The notes below the pieces were generated by a model that had not been told where the DNA came from, made no database searches, and worked only from the letters and a program-made list of their open reading frames with translations. A stretch of 64,000 bases of DNA, from the NCBI GenBank assembly GCA_964523895.1, contig CAZGBJ010000003.1, positions 47,798 to 111,797 on the forward strand, given 5' to 3'. Origin of the DNA: an uncultured Enterobacteriaceae bacterium. GTDB taxonomy: Bacteria > Pseudomonadota > Gammaproteobacteria > Eutrophobiales > Eutrophobiaceae. The translations under genes and the position numbers were made by a program. Below, piece after piece: positions 52,241 to 62,981 of the stretch; within the stretch, counting starts at the first letter, position 1, and each line of letters opens with the position of its first letter.

Positions 52241-53494
52241 ATGGAACACACAACAATATTTCTTATATTGGCGGGCTGTTTTGGCCTATTCATGGCTTGG
52301 GGTATAGGCGCAAATGACGTTGCCAATGCTATGGCGACCTCCGTTGGATCAAAAGCGCTTACCCTAAAGCGTGCTGTCATTATCGCCGCTATTTTTGAAT
52401 TTACTGGTGCTTTTTTAGCTGGTGGACAAGTCACATCAACTATTCGTAAGGGTATTATTGATGCCGATCTACTTTCAGGTTCACCTGAATTATTAGTTTA
52501 TGGCATGCTTGCTGCTCTTTTAGCCGCAGGTATATGGCTATTAGTTGCTTCGAAATATGGATTGCCCGTTTCAACGACACATTCAATTGTCGGCGCGATT
52601 GTTGGCTTCGCTGCTGTTGGTATTGGAGTAGAAGCCGTTAACTGGGGAAAAGTTGGCGCGATTGCTGCGAGCTGGGTAGTGTCACCCGTTATTGCCGGGA
52701 CGATAGCTTATGCACTTTTTCGGAGTGTGCAAAAATTAATTCTCGACACCGCTGATCCAATGAAAAATGCAAAACGCTACGTGCCTGTTTATATTTTTCT
52801 AACCGGCACAATGATCTCCCTTGTTACAATGTTTAAAGGGTTAAAGCATATTGGTTTGGATTTATCTAAAACTGAAAGCTATTCATTAAGTCTGGCTATC
52901 GGTCTGATTTGTGCGTTCATAGGTGCATTTTTTATCCGAAAAATTTCGTTTAATGAAGAACGTAATCAGAGTAATCATTTTCACGATGTTGAACGTGTTT
53001 TTGGTGTATTAATGGTCTTTACTGCCTGCGCCATGGCATTTGCGCATGGTTCCAATGATGTTGCCAATGCAGTTGGACCTGTTGCTGCGATTGTCAGTGT
53101 TGTAACAAATAATGGCGAAATTACACAAAAATCAATGATGCCAATTTGGGTATTATTACTTGGTTCTGTTGGTATCGTAGCTGGCTTGCTTATGTATGGT
53201 CACAAAGTTATTGCGACTGTTGGAACGAAGATTACGGAATTAACACCGAGCCGCGGTTTTTGTGGCGAGTTAGCCGCATCCACAACAGTCGTGCTTGCAT
53301 CTGGGACAGGCATACCCATATCTACGACGCATACACTTGTCGGTGCTGTCTTAGGCGTTGGCTTTGCCAGAGGTATTTCAGCATTGAACCTACGCATGAT
53401 TGGTTCAATATTCATGTCGTGGATTATTACCTTGCCTGCCGGCGCCATATTGGCGATCATCTTTTTCTATATTTTGAAAACAGTATTTGCTTAA
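52241..53494 (+). CDS. pit: PiT-family inorganic phosphate transporter
   Basis: GIGANDVANA, HGSNDVANA, PVSTTH / PISTTH. Confidence 0.96.
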   Translation: MEHTTIFLILAGCFGLFMAWGIGANDVANAMATSVGSKALTLKRAVIIAAIFEFTGAFLAGGQVTSTIRKGIIDADLLSGSPELLVYGMLAALLAAGIWLLVASKYGLPVSTTHSIVGAIVGFAAVGIGVEAVNWGKVGAIAASWVVSPVIAGTIAYALFRSVQKLILDTADPMKNAKRYVPVYIFLTGTMISLVTMFKGLKHIGLDLSKTESYSLSLAIGLICAFIGAFFIRKISFNEERNQSNHFHDVERVFGVLMVFTACAMAFAHGSNDVANAVGPVAAIVSVVTNNGEITQKSMMPIWVLLLGSVGIVAGLLMYGHKVIATVGTKITELTPSRGFCGELAASTTVVLASGTGIPISTTHTLVGAVLGVGFARGISALNLRMIGSIFMSWIITLPAGAILAIIFFYILKTVFA

Positions 53495-53555
53495 TCATTA
53501 TCAACTGAAGTCTGGTGGAGCGATCATAATGACGGAAAAATATAATGGTTTCTTT

Positions 53556-53720
53556 CTAAGATATCTGGTCAATACTTGACATCGAAAGATTGCTGTTATT
53601 AATTCTGGAAATTAATAATTCGATCTCATTTTCAAGAATAACTTTCTCTGATTGTTCCGTCATCTTAAAATAGAGTTCTGATATTGCCAAAAAGCCTGCA
53701 ACGTTTGTTTCTCTTTCCAT
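53556..53720 (-). CDS. Putative 54-aa protein (not in ORF track)
   Basis: MERETNVAGFLAISELYFKMTEQSEKVILENEIELLISRINNSNLSMSSIDQIS; GAGGAG SD 7 nt upstream. Confidence 0.55.
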   Translation of the reverse strand: MERETNVAGFLAISELYFKMTEQSEKVILENEIELLISRINNSNLSMSSIDQIS

Positions 53721-53767
53721 CGCTGCTCTCCTCAGTTAATTTGAGGTTTACAGTTTTAATGATATAT

Positions 53768-53795
53768 GTGAAAAGGTAATGACAAGACCATGACA
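53768..53795 (-). promoter_or_regulatory. Pho box (three phased half-sites)
   Basis: Minus strand TGTCAT-N5-TGTCAT-N5-TTTCAC. Confidence 0.65.
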
Positions 53796-53833
53796 TTCTA
53801 GTGAAATAGAAAAGTGATGCTGCAGGTTTATAG

Positions 53834-54547
53834 TTACCCCTGTTTTAAAAGAATCTCTTCCATTTGTTCAATACTAATATGGCGCACGTCCTTGCCTTCG
53901 ACAAGGTAAATAATATTTTCACAAATATTACGTGCATGATCGCCTATTCGTTCTAATGCGCGCGCCGTCCACACGGCATCCAGAGTACCACTTATATTCC
54001 TCGCATCTTCCATCATATAGGTAATGAGTTGTCTTAGTATTGCACCATATTGATCATCTGATTCCGGTTCCTTTCCAGCAACGGCAACAGCTTGCTTTGA
54101 ATCCATTCTTGCAAAGGCGTCAAGAGAATCGTGTAACATACGACCGACTAAATTGCCCATCGCATTAATACCAACGTAATAAGATTTAGGTCCATGTTTT
54201 TCAGCTAACTCCATTGCCATTTTGGCTACTTTCTCGGCCTCGTCACCGATACGCTCTAAATCCGTAATTGTTTTAGTAATTGCCATAACCAAACGTAAAT
54301 CGCTAGCGGCAGGCTGCCGCCTGGCTAGAATCTTTGTACACTCTTGATCAATAGTCACCTCATAAGTATTGACTTGTACTTCGGTTTCAATAACAACTTC
54401 TGCCAGACCCACTTCACATTCAACCAAGGATTTAAGCGCATTATTAAGTTGTTGTTCAACAAGACCGCCCATAGCAAGCACTTTGCCACGTATATTCTCG
54501 AGCTCGTCATCAAACTGTTTAGAAATATGTTGTGCATCGTAACTCAT
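53834..54547 (-). CDS. phoU: Phosphate signalling protein PhoU
   Basis: RRQPAASDLR, DLERIGDEA, ERIGDHARNICE. Confidence 0.98.
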   Translation of the reverse strand: MSYDAQHISKQFDDELENIRGKVLAMGGLVEQQLNNALKSLVECEVGLAEVVIETEVQVNTYEVTIDQECTKILARRQPAASDLRLVMAITKTITDLERIGDEAEKVAKMAMELAEKHGPKSYYVGINAMGNLVGRMLHDSLDAFARMDSKQAVAVAGKEPESDDQYGAILRQLITYMMEDARNISGTLDAVWTARALERIGDHARNICENIIYLVEGKDVRHISIEQMEEILLKQG

Positions 54548-54568
54548 TTGGTAGTCTCCAATAACTCG

Positions 54569-55462
54569 TTAACCGTAACGTCCAGAAATATAATCTTCTG
54601 TCATTTTCTCATTCGGATTAGTAAATAAGGTACTCGTATCATTAAATTCGACCATCTCGCCCATATATAAATAAGCAGTATAATCAGATACGCGAGCAGC
54701 CTGTTGCATATTATGGGTCACTATAACGATGGTAAATTTATCTTTTAATTCGTAAATTAACTCTTCAATTTTTAATGTAGAAATTGGATCCAAAGCAGAG
54801 GCAGGTTCGTCTAATAAAATAACTTCGGGTTCTATTGCAATTGCACGCGCAATAACAAGACGTTGTTGCTGCCCGCCAGATAGCCCCATTGCCAGGTCAT
54901 CAAGCCGATCCTTAACCTCATCCCAAAGCGCTGCACTCTTTAATGATTTTTCAACAACTGTATCAATTGTACGTCGGTCACTAATGCCTTGAATCCGTAA
55001 ACCATAAGCTACGTTTTCATAAATTGATTTTGGGAAAGGATTTGGTTTTTGAAAGACCATGCCAACACGACGACGTAAATCAGCAACATTAATGCTCTTA
55101 TCAAAAATATCATTCCCTTCGAGTTTAATACTACCTTCAATTGATACGCTATCAATTAAATCATTCATCCGATTAAAACAACGTAATAGAGTAGACTTGC
55201 CGCAACCACTTGGACCAATGAAAGCAGTTACTTTCTTTTCTGGAATCGTCAGACTAATATCTTTCAGCGCCTGTTTTTCATCATAAAACAAATTGAAATT
55301 ACTCACTTCTATACACACTTTTTCATCAGCCAATTTTGCTTCACCTTCAGATTTCACAATATTGCTTAAATCTATCGAATGAGTCGATGCTGTTACGTTT
55401 GTTTCAGTCACGGGTTGTTCCTCAGAATTTTCATTTCTTAGATTAAGATTGCTCTGCTGCAC
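54569..55462 (-). CDS. pstB: Phosphate ABC transporter ATPase
   Basis: [24 protein letters not shown]. Confidence 0.98.
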   Translation of the reverse strand: MQQSNLNLRNENSEEQPVTETNVTASTHSIDLSNIVKSEGEAKLADEKVCIEVSNFNLFYDEKQALKDISLTIPEKKVTAFIGPSGCGKSTLLRCFNRMNDLIDSVSIEGSIKLEGNDIFDKSINVADLRRRVGMVFQKPNPFPKSIYENVAYGLRIQGISDRRTIDTVVEKSLKSAALWDEVKDRLDDLAMGLSGGQQQRLVIARAIAIEPEVILLDEPASALDPISTLKIEELIYELKDKFTIVIVTHNMQQAARVSDYTAYLYMGEMVEFNDTSTLFTNPNEKMTEDYISGRYG

Positions 55463-57101
55463 GGTACTTCTCCCTAAGATTATTACGAATCCGTATGGCT
55501 GTCAGGTTTAAAATGATAATTAGCACAACTAATAGCAATGCAGTTGCGTAAACAAGCGGTCTAGCAGCTTCAACATTCGGGCTTTGAAAGCCCACATCAT
55601 AAATATGAAAGCCTAAATGCATAAATTTTCTGTCCAAATGTAAAAATGGTGCATTCCCGTCTAAGCCTAATGACGGTGCTAACTTAACAACACCAACTAA
55701 CATTAATGGCGCGACCTCCCCTGCTGCTCTAGCGACAGCTAGAATCAAACCGGTAATCATTGCTGAAGCCGTCATAGGTAACACCGTGCGCCACATGGTT
55801 TCTGCTTTGGTCGCACCCAAAGCTAAACTACCTTCACGAATTGCACGAGGCACCCGTGAAAGGCCCTCTTCTGTCGCAACAATAACAACGGGTACGGTTA
55901 ATATCGCTAGTGTTAACGATGCCCATAGTAGACCTGGAGTACCAAACGTTGGTGCGGGTAATGATTCCGGGAAAAAGATCTCATCAATTGAACCACCTAA
56001 AAAGTAAACAAAAAAACCAAGACCGAAAACACCATAGACAACTGATGGAACACCAGCCAGATTATTAACAGCAATTCTGATTAAACGAGTGATTGAACCT
56101 TGCGTCGCATATTCACGTAAATACACAGCAGCTATTACACCAAATGGTGTCACCATTACTGCCATGATCATAACCATTAAAACTGTACCGAATATAGCAG
56201 GGAAGATACCGCCTTCCGTATTTGCTTCACGCGGATCATCTGATAAGAATTCCCAGAATTTTTCAATATAGAAAATACATTTATCAAATAAATTCATCGC
56301 ATTGGGGCGGTAAGCCCTAACGATCTTGGAAAAGCCAACCGTTACCTCCTTATCATCTGCTGTTCTTGCAGAGAAACTGGAACGATTTAAAACTCCGTAT
56401 AATTTTTCTAATTCAATAGTGTGACTATTATATTCAACTTGTAATACTTCACGCTGTGTTCTCAATTCGTCTAATTTTTCTGGTGTATTTTCACTTTTAA
56501 GTTCTAAGCCACGTTCTTTGAGACGCAAACGTTCCATCTTATAATTAATCGCACCAATTAGATCCTTCTCGATATGACGAATCTCATCGAAGATATTATT
56601 ATTTTTTTCTATTGCATCCTTGAATATGCGCCATAAATCATCGCTGCCACTATGCTTCTGACCGTTTAAATTTAACTCTGTCAGATAACCATAAAAGTTT
56701 CCCCATTCTCGACGTTCAACAATCATCGCGTCTTCAGGATAAGTTCTGTTCTGTATGCCAGCATTCAAAATCCAACGAAAATCAAGACCTGATACATCTC
56801 TGTTACCGGTCTTAATTAAATCGCGCACAACAACTTCACCTTCATAGCCTGGGTTACCTGCCCGCGAACGCGATACCGTTTCTTCATCAACGATCTCACC
56901 CATTAATCGAACAGCTTCACCATTTGGTTCTGTGTAATAATCAAACACAGCAACGTTAGCTGGCCAAAAGTGACCAAGACCACGAACGGCAATTAAACCA
57001 ATCAAGCCTGCGACCATAATCACAGAAATTGAAACAGCGCCTGCATTTAACCAAACAAATGGTGTGCCTGAATTAAACCAGTTTATTATTCGTGTCTTCA
57101 T
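55443..57101 (-). CDS. pstA: Phosphate ABC permease PstA (long form)
   Basis: [25 protein letters not shown]. Confidence 0.96.
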   Translation of the reverse strand: MKTRIINWFNSGTPFVWLNAGAVSISVIMVAGLIGLIAVRGLGHFWPANVAVFDYYTEPNGEAVRLMGEIVDEETVSRSRAGNPGYEGEVVVRDLIKTGNRDVSGLDFRWILNAGIQNRTYPEDAMIVERREWGNFYGYLTELNLNGQKHSGSDDLWRIFKDAIEKNNNIFDEIRHIEKDLIGAINYKMERLRLKERGLELKSENTPEKLDELRTQREVLQVEYNSHTIELEKLYGVLNRSSFSARTADDKEVTVGFSKIVRAYRPNAMNLFDKCIFYIEKFWEFLSDDPREANTEGGIFPAIFGTVLMVMIMAVMVTPFGVIAAVYLREYATQGSITRLIRIAVNNLAGVPSVVYGVFGLGFFVYFLGGSIDEIFFPESLPAPTFGTPGLLWASLTLAILTVPVVIVATEEGLSRVPRAIREGSLALGATKAETMWRTVLPMTASAMITGLILAVARAAGEVAPLMLVGVVKLAPSLGLDGNAPFLHLDRKFMHLGFHIYDVGFQSPNVEAARPLVYATALLLVVLIIILNLTAIRIRNNLREKYRAAEQS

Positions 57102-59395
57102 TAGAGTGAACTGTATTTTGTACGTAACCGCTGCCGCACAACTTCAGCAATCGTGTTAAAAAAGAATGTCACGCCAAAAAGAACCAAGGCACCAAGAAAA
57201 AGAATTCGATAATGTGTACTGTCTACTTCTGTTTCAGGCATTTCCACGGCAATGTTTGCAGACAATGCTCGGAAGCCTTCAAAAATACTCATATCCATGA
57301 TCGCAGTATTACCCGTTGCCATAACAACAATCATAGTTTCACCAACAGCCCGACCTAAACCAATCATCACCGCAGAAAAAATACCCGGACTGGCTGTTAA
57401 CAAAATAACGCGTACCATGGTTTGCCATGACGTTGCGCCCAGCGCCAGAGAACCAGTGGTTAAATGCTTTGGCACACTGTAAACCGCGTCTTCACTGATA
57501 GAGAATATAGTCGGTATGACAGCAAAACCCATGGCAAAACCAACCACCATTGAATTACGTTGATCGTAAGTAATACCCATTTCCGTGCTTAACCATAATG
57601 GCAAATTACCACCAAAGAATAGATTTTCGATTGGCTGACTTATTCCTATAGATAAGGCTGTAGCAATAATAACCACGGGCATTAATAAAGCAGCTTCCCA
57701 ACCTTCAGGAACTTTATGTTTAATATGGTCAGGAACGAATTCCCAAACTGCTGCTGCAAGGAGAATACTTAATGGCACAAAAACTATTAGCACAAACATA
57801 CCCGGTAAATGCGTCTCAACAAACGGTGCTAACCAAAGTCCAGCAAGAAAACCAAGAATCACAGTCGGTAACGCTTCCATTATTTCAATAGTTGGCTTTA
57901 CAACCTGGCGCATTTTTGGCGCCATAAAGTAAGCAGTATACATCGCACCTAAAATCGATAATGGAATTGCAAACAGCATCGCATAAAATGCAGCTTTAAA
58001 CGTACCATAAGCAAGTGGCGTTAAACTGAACTTAGGTTCAAAGTCACTGCTCGCTGAAGACGATTGCCAAATGTATTCCGGCTTATCCCGGCTTTCATAC
58101 CAAACTTTTCCCCAGATTGATTTAAATGAAATTTCCGGGTGCTCATTATCAACATGCCAAAATTGTAATTCACCCTTGTCATTTTCAATTAACGCAGCAT
58201 TAGCCCTTGGTGATAATGTAACTGCATTTAACGCATGATCATCAATTTGTTTAAGTAAAACGGTTCTATGTGCTGTTGTATGGTAAATGCCCATTTCACC
58301 GCTTTCATCTATTGCAATAAAACCTTTACGAGAATACTCAGGTGCGATTGCAGTTATTGATGATTTTTGTTTGTTAAATGATCTTATCTTTTGCAGCGTG
58401 TAATTATTATCTTCATCTCTTACTGGAAACCACTGTGCAACTTGTCCACTAGAATCACCAATTAAAATTGATATGCCGCCCGCTAAAAACTCTAACGCTG
58501 TTATCTGCACACCTTCTTCAACTGCTTTTACTTTCTGTACTAAACGAGGTTCTGCTTTGTTACTTATGTCATAATAATAAACATTGCCAAGTGCATCAGC
58601 GACATACAATTCCCGTTGTTCAATATCCAGCTTTAAATCAACAATCTCTTCCGTATCAATTGAAATGAGACTTTGTTTCCGAGTGACTTCAACTTCATCA
58701 CTTAAAAATGATTCTTCTTTAATAATGTTAATAAGGTTTATTTGAGCCTGTTTTCCATGCGTCGCAATCGTGGCTTCTTCACCATCATATTGAATACTGA
58801 TTTGTTTAATCGGCAGACCTGATCCATCGATCAGAATCGCTTCTTCACCGAAAGGAAAATAAATATCGGGCGTGATTAAACGGACATCGTCAGGGTAGGT
58901 AACCGCGTAGTCGTGTTGAAAAAATAAGACCGAACCATTAGACAGACCCAAACCGATCATGCGTTCTGTTTGGTCTCCTCTGGCAACTGTTGTTATTGAA
59001 ACGTCAGCAGGAATATTCAGATCAATGGCTTTTTGTATTTCACCATTTTGAGTAGAAAAGAAGACGGCTTGACCTGAATCATTTATTCGTAAACCAATCT
59101 CTCGCTGCTCTTCCATAGCATAAATAAGTGTATTGTTATTTTCTTCGGCGCCAGGAACAGAATAAATCGCAATCGGTTCAATATGTGCTGACTTGAACAT
59201 CGGTATAACGACATAAAGCAGGTAAAAAGCAATTAGCACAATTGCGAGAATCACGCCAATACCACCAAAAGCCATCAAATAACGAGTAGCAACATCCTTA
59301 ATGTGACGCCATTTCCGATAGTGACTCGCTGATTCGGAATTAAAATCAGGGAGATCAGCACTGACAGCAAGTTCATTTGAGTTCATCTGCGCCAT
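57101..59395 (-). CDS. pstC: Phosphate ABC permease PstC (long periplasmic domain)
   Basis: [24 protein letters not shown]. Confidence 0.95.
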   Translation of the reverse strand: MAQMNSNELAVSADLPDFNSESASHYRKWRHIKDVATRYLMAFGGIGVILAIVLIAFYLLYVVIPMFKSAHIEPIAIYSVPGAEENNNTLIYAMEEQREIGLRINDSGQAVFFSTQNGEIQKAIDLNIPADVSITTVARGDQTERMIGLGLSNGSVLFFQHDYAVTYPDDVRLITPDIYFPFGEEAILIDGSGLPIKQISIQYDGEEATIATHGKQAQINLINIIKEESFLSDEVEVTRKQSLISIDTEEIVDLKLDIEQRELYVADALGNVYYYDISNKAEPRLVQKVKAVEEGVQITALEFLAGGISILIGDSSGQVAQWFPVRDEDNNYTLQKIRSFNKQKSSITAIAPEYSRKGFIAIDESGEMGIYHTTAHRTVLLKQIDDHALNAVTLSPRANAALIENDKGELQFWHVDNEHPEISFKSIWGKVWYESRDKPEYIWQSSSASSDFEPKFSLTPLAYGTFKAAFYAMLFAIPLSILGAMYTAYFMAPKMRQVVKPTIEIMEALPTVILGFLAGLWLAPFVETHLPGMFVLIVFVPLSILLAAAVWEFVPDHIKHKVPEGWEAALLMPVVIIATALSIGISQPIENLFFGGNLPLWLSTEMGITYDQRNSMVVGFAMGFAVIPTIFSISEDAVYSVPKHLTTGSLALGATSWQTMVRVILLTASPGIFSAVMIGLGRAVGETMIVVMATGNTAIMDMSIFEGFRALSANIAVEMPETEVDSTHYRILFLGALVLFGVTFFFNTIAEVVRQRLRTKYSSL

Positions 59396-59409
59396 TCTAG
59401 AATGGCTTT

Positions 59410-59426
59410 ATGACAGTTCTGTTACA
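59410..59426 (-). promoter_or_regulatory. Pho box adjacent to pstC start
   Basis: TGTAAC-AGAAC-TGTCAT on the minus strand. Confidence 0.6.
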
Positions 59427-59480
59427 ACGACGGGATATTGTGATGAAACAGTGTTTCACAGATATTACAGCCTAAATGTG

Positions 59481-59502
59481 AAAACCCCGCCGAAGCGGGG
59501 TT
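59481..59502 (-). terminator. Intrinsic terminator / stem-loop after pstS
   Basis: AACCCCGC-TTCG-GCGGGGTT followed by TT on the minus strand. Confidence 0.8.
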
Positions 59503-59563
59503 CTATTTCTAGAAAGACATTTAGCAGAGAGGGAAAATGTTAAATGCCTTAACTCTTCCTTGA

Positions 59564-60529
59564 TTACTTAAGCTTGGCTAATTCACCCTCAGCCACTTTT
59601 GCTGGTAACGGAATGTAACCATCTTTCACAACAACATTCTGACCAATTTTAGAAAGAACCATTTTCATAAATTCAGTTTCTAAAGGAGGTAATGCTTTAT
59701 TAGGCTGCTTATTTACGTAAACATATAAAAAACGACCTAGTGGGTACTTTCCTGCTGAAGCATTGATAGGTGTTGCTTCAATGTATTCACCACCTTCTTT
59801 CTTGGTCAATGGTACAGCTTTAACACCTGAGGTTTTATAACCAATACCAGAATAACCTAATCCATTAAGTGATTTGGTTACACCTTGAACGACTGATGCA
59901 GAACCGGGTTGTTCGTTTACGCTATCTTTATAGTCACCTTTACAAAGTGCTTTCTTTTTAAAATAACCATAAGTACCTGATACTGAGTTACGACCATAAA
60001 GTTGAACGGGACGGTTTGCCCAGTCACCAGTTAAACCTAGTTGACCCCAGGTAGTAATGTCATTTGCATAACCACATTTACGTGTTGCAGAAAACATCGC
60101 GTCAACCTGGGGAATAGTTAAACCTTTAATTGGGTTATCTTTGTTTACATAAACTGCCAATGCATCTATCGCAACAGCGATAGCAGTGGGCTTATAACCG
60201 AATTTACTTTCGAATGCGGCTAATTCTTTATCTTTCATCTTTCGGCTCATAGGACCAAAGTTGGAAGTTCCTTCACTTAATGCAGGCGGCGCTGTTGATG
60301 AACCTGCTGCCTGAATTTGAACATTTACATTAGGATAAAGGCGTTTGAACTCTTCAGCCCAAAACGTCATTAAATTTGCCAAGGTATCAGAGCCAACACT
60401 ACTGATGTTACCTGATACGCCGCTAGCTTTAGTATAGTCAACCAGACCAACGTCAACTTTATCCTCCGCCATTACTGGCAAAGAGAGAGATAGCGCAACT
60501 AAAATTGTGGAAAACCTCTTAATAGTCAT
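59564..60529 (-). CDS. pstS: Phosphate-binding protein PstS
   Basis: [31 protein letters not shown]. Confidence 0.97.
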   Translation of the reverse strand: MTIKRFSTILVALSLSLPVMAEDKVDVGLVDYTKASGVSGNISSVGSDTLANLMTFWAEEFKRLYPNVNVQIQAAGSSTAPPALSEGTSNFGPMSRKMKDKELAAFESKFGYKPTAIAVAIDALAVYVNKDNPIKGLTIPQVDAMFSATRKCGYANDITTWGQLGLTGDWANRPVQLYGRNSVSGTYGYFKKKALCKGDYKDSVNEQPGSASVVQGVTKSLNGLGYSGIGYKTSGVKAVPLTKKEGGEYIEATPINASAGKYPLGRFLYVYVNKQPNKALPPLETEFMKMVLSKIGQNVVVKDGYIPLPAKVAEGELAKLK

Positions 60530-60596
60530 TTTGATTTATCTCCTTTGAGATAGTGAATATAAATAATAATATGCGAAGGGATTATCCCCGGATCAA

Positions 60597-60635
60597 ATGA
60601 CACTAAAGTTAAAACAATATGACAGTTTAATGACA
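60597..60635 (-). promoter_or_regulatory. Tandem Pho boxes for pstS
   Basis: Half-sites at 60630, 60619, 60608, 60597 (TGTCAT, TGTCAT, TTTAAC, TGTCAT), 11-bp period. Confidence 0.85.
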
Positions 60636-60676
60636 AACAGATATGGCAGGCTATTTGGAAGACTGTAATGAAATAA

Positions 60677-61993
60677 TTATGCTGTTAACACCGAATCCAC
60701 ATTGTTTTTAGCGTCGACAATAAGCGATGCCGGCACGTCACAACGAAACAAACTGCCTTTACCTACTTCGCTTTCAATATGAAGATCGCCTTCATATCGT
60801 GCTAAAGCATGTTTAACTATAGCAAGCCCAAGTCCTGTTCCACCCTTTTCACGCGAACGACCCTTATCAATACGGAAAAAACGTTCTGTTAACCTTGGTA
60901 TGTGTTCTGGTGCAATGCCGAGCCCATTATCCCGAACGCTGAAATGTGCGCCTGTTTCATTTTTATACCACTCAACATCAACAGCACCATGCTCTGGTGT
61001 ATATTGAACAGCATTAAAAACAAGATTTGAAAAAATACTATAAATTTCTCGTTGGTTTGCTTGCAGATATAAAGCTGGATCAGCTTTAAGCGTAATTTTA
61101 TGACTCATAAAGCCACTTAACGATCTTGCTTCATTGACTATCGCCACTAACATATCAGGTATAGGTATTGTTTCTTTTACACTTTGTCCGGAACTGGCTT
61201 CTAACCCGGATAACTTTATTAGATCCTCAATCAAATTTTGCATCCGTGCTGTTTGCGAACGCATTTGCTGCATATAAGCAATCCATTCTGGCGGACACTC
61301 TTCATCATCAACAAAACCTTCGAGATAACCGGAGATTACTGTTAGAGGTGTTCTTAACTCATGCGAGGCATTAGCAATAAAATCTTTTCGCATCTGATTA
61401 ATGCGTGTGATAGCCGTAATATCTCTGGCAACAAGTAATTTTTGTGTTTCACCATAAGCTGATATACGTACTTCCAACATTATTTTATTATCTATCGGCG
61501 ATGCGATCTGTAAACCTCTTTCCAATTCAGACTCACTCGAATATAGATATTGTATTAATTTCGGGTAACGAACCAAATTAGGTAATCTTAAACCATTGTC
61601 CTTAGGCCATTGCACCCCTATATATTCTCGTGCTTTCTCATTAGCCCATTCAATTTCACCATGCTCACCCAACACAATGACTGCATCAGGCAAAGCCCGA
61701 GTCGCTTCCTGAAATCGCTTTAGATAACCAGAAAGTTTTTGTTTGCGGGACTTATTTCTATCTCTTAGATAATCAATCTCACGACAGGTCTCATCGATCA
61801 AACCCATCTGTGATGGTCCGTTCGTTTCCTGTCTTTTTTGTAACCATATCAAAATTTTTGTAAATTCTTTGTATTGCCACCAGATAAAGAAAAATAATCC
61901 AGCAATAATACAGAGCAAAAAATAACCAGAAACCATTCCTGCTAAAGCACTTAGAAAAAGTACACTGATAAAGCGCCAGAGATCGTACTTCAT
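60677..61993 (-). CDS. phoR: Sensor kinase PhoR
   Basis: ANASHELRTPL, NLVFNAVQY, GTGLGLAI. Confidence 0.97.
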   Translation of the reverse strand: MKYDLWRFISVLFLSALAGMVSGYFLLCIIAGLFFFIWWQYKEFTKILIWLQKRQETNGPSQMGLIDETCREIDYLRDRNKSRKQKLSGYLKRFQEATRALPDAVIVLGEHGEIEWANEKAREYIGVQWPKDNGLRLPNLVRYPKLIQYLYSSESELERGLQIASPIDNKIMLEVRISAYGETQKLLVARDITAITRINQMRKDFIANASHELRTPLTVISGYLEGFVDDEECPPEWIAYMQQMRSQTARMQNLIEDLIKLSGLEASSGQSVKETIPIPDMLVAIVNEARSLSGFMSHKITLKADPALYLQANQREIYSIFSNLVFNAVQYTPEHGAVDVEWYKNETGAHFSVRDNGLGIAPEHIPRLTERFFRIDKGRSREKGGTGLGLAIVKHALARYEGDLHIESEVGKGSLFRCDVPASLIVDAKNNVDSVLTA

Positions 61994-62005
61994 TTTGATA
62001 AGAGA

Positions 62006-62716
62006 CTAACGCGTAGAGAAACGGTATCCAACACTACGAACCGTCTGAATGAACTTATCAAAACCAAAAGGTTCAAGCGTTTTTCTAAGACGTCGAATAT
62101 GGACATCAACGGTACGCTCTTCAACATAGACATTCTCACCCCAAACCTGATCGAGCAGTTGAGAACGACTATACACCCGTTCGGGATGCCCAATAAAGAA
62201 ATGGAGCAATTTAAATTCGGTAGGACTGATCTCTATATCCTGCCCATCGGCTGATACGCGATATGTTTCCGGGTTAAATAATAAACCTTCGACTTCGATC
62301 GTCCCTGAATCTTCAGTACCGGAATAGCGCCGAAGTACAGCCCTGACTCTGGCAACTAATTCTTTTGTAGAAAAAGGTTTGGTAATGTAATCATCAGCCC
62401 CCGTTTCAAGCGCACGCACCTTATCTTCTTCTGCGCCTTTAGCCGTCAACATAATAATCGGAATATCTCGCGTTTCCGCTACACTACGCAAACGACGTGC
62501 GTAATCAATGCCGCTCATGCCAGGCAACATCCAATCAAGCAATATCAAACCAGGGCGCTCCGAAGCTATTGTCGTTCTCGCCTGTTCAACATCAACAGCT
62601 TCTTTACAATCAAAGCCTTCTTTCATTAAAGCGTAACCAAGCATGTCACGAATGGCTTCTTCATCTTCAACGATAAGTATTTTATCTTTCATAAAATTAA
62701 ATTCGGCATCAAACAT
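62006..62716 (-). CDS. phoB: Response regulator PhoB (probable start 62692)
   Basis: [30 protein letters not shown]. Confidence 0.98.
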   Translation of the reverse strand: MFDAEFNFMKDKILIVEDEEAIRDMLGYALMKEGFDCKEAVDVEQARTTIASERPGLILLDWMLPGMSGIDYARRLRSVAETRDIPIIMLTAKGAEEDKVRALETGADDYITKPFSTKELVARVRAVLRRYSGTEDSGTIEVEGLLFNPETYRVSADGQDIEISPTEFKLLHFFIGHPERVYSRSQLLDQVWGENVYVEERTVDVHIRRLRKTLEPFGFDKFIQTVRSVGYRFSTR

Positions 62717-62740
62717 ATTTCTGTATTAGAAAGCACCAAT

Positions 62741-62757
62741 ATTACAACTTCATGACA
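62741..62757 (-). promoter_or_regulatory. Pho box for phoBR
   Basis: TGTCAT-N5-TGTAAT on the minus strand. Confidence 0.75.
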
Positions 62758-62822
62758 AAAAAAGCTCATTGAAGCAACAAAGCCCAAAATTATTTCTATA
62801 TTGAATAAATTACATTAAATTT

Positions 62823-62861
62823 TGTAATGCTATTGTCACAGTTCTTTCATTGCTTTGTCAC
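62823..62861 (+). promoter_or_regulatory. Tandem Pho boxes for porin
   Basis: TGTAAT, TGTCAC, TTTCAT, TGTCAC at 62823/34/45/56. Confidence 0.85.
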
Positions 62862-62981
62862 ATAAGATTCATTGAGTTGCAACAGTCCACCCCTAATGTA
62901 AGCACCATAAATTGGAGAGGCTCTTGTTTAGAGTGCATCACCATTTAAATAGTTTTTAATCCACTTTAAAGGAGAAATACC

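Noticed and set aside
62862-62981. Riboswitch in the porin leader
   Set aside because: Only a weak hairpin and no known aptamer motif; the Pho boxes explain regulation.
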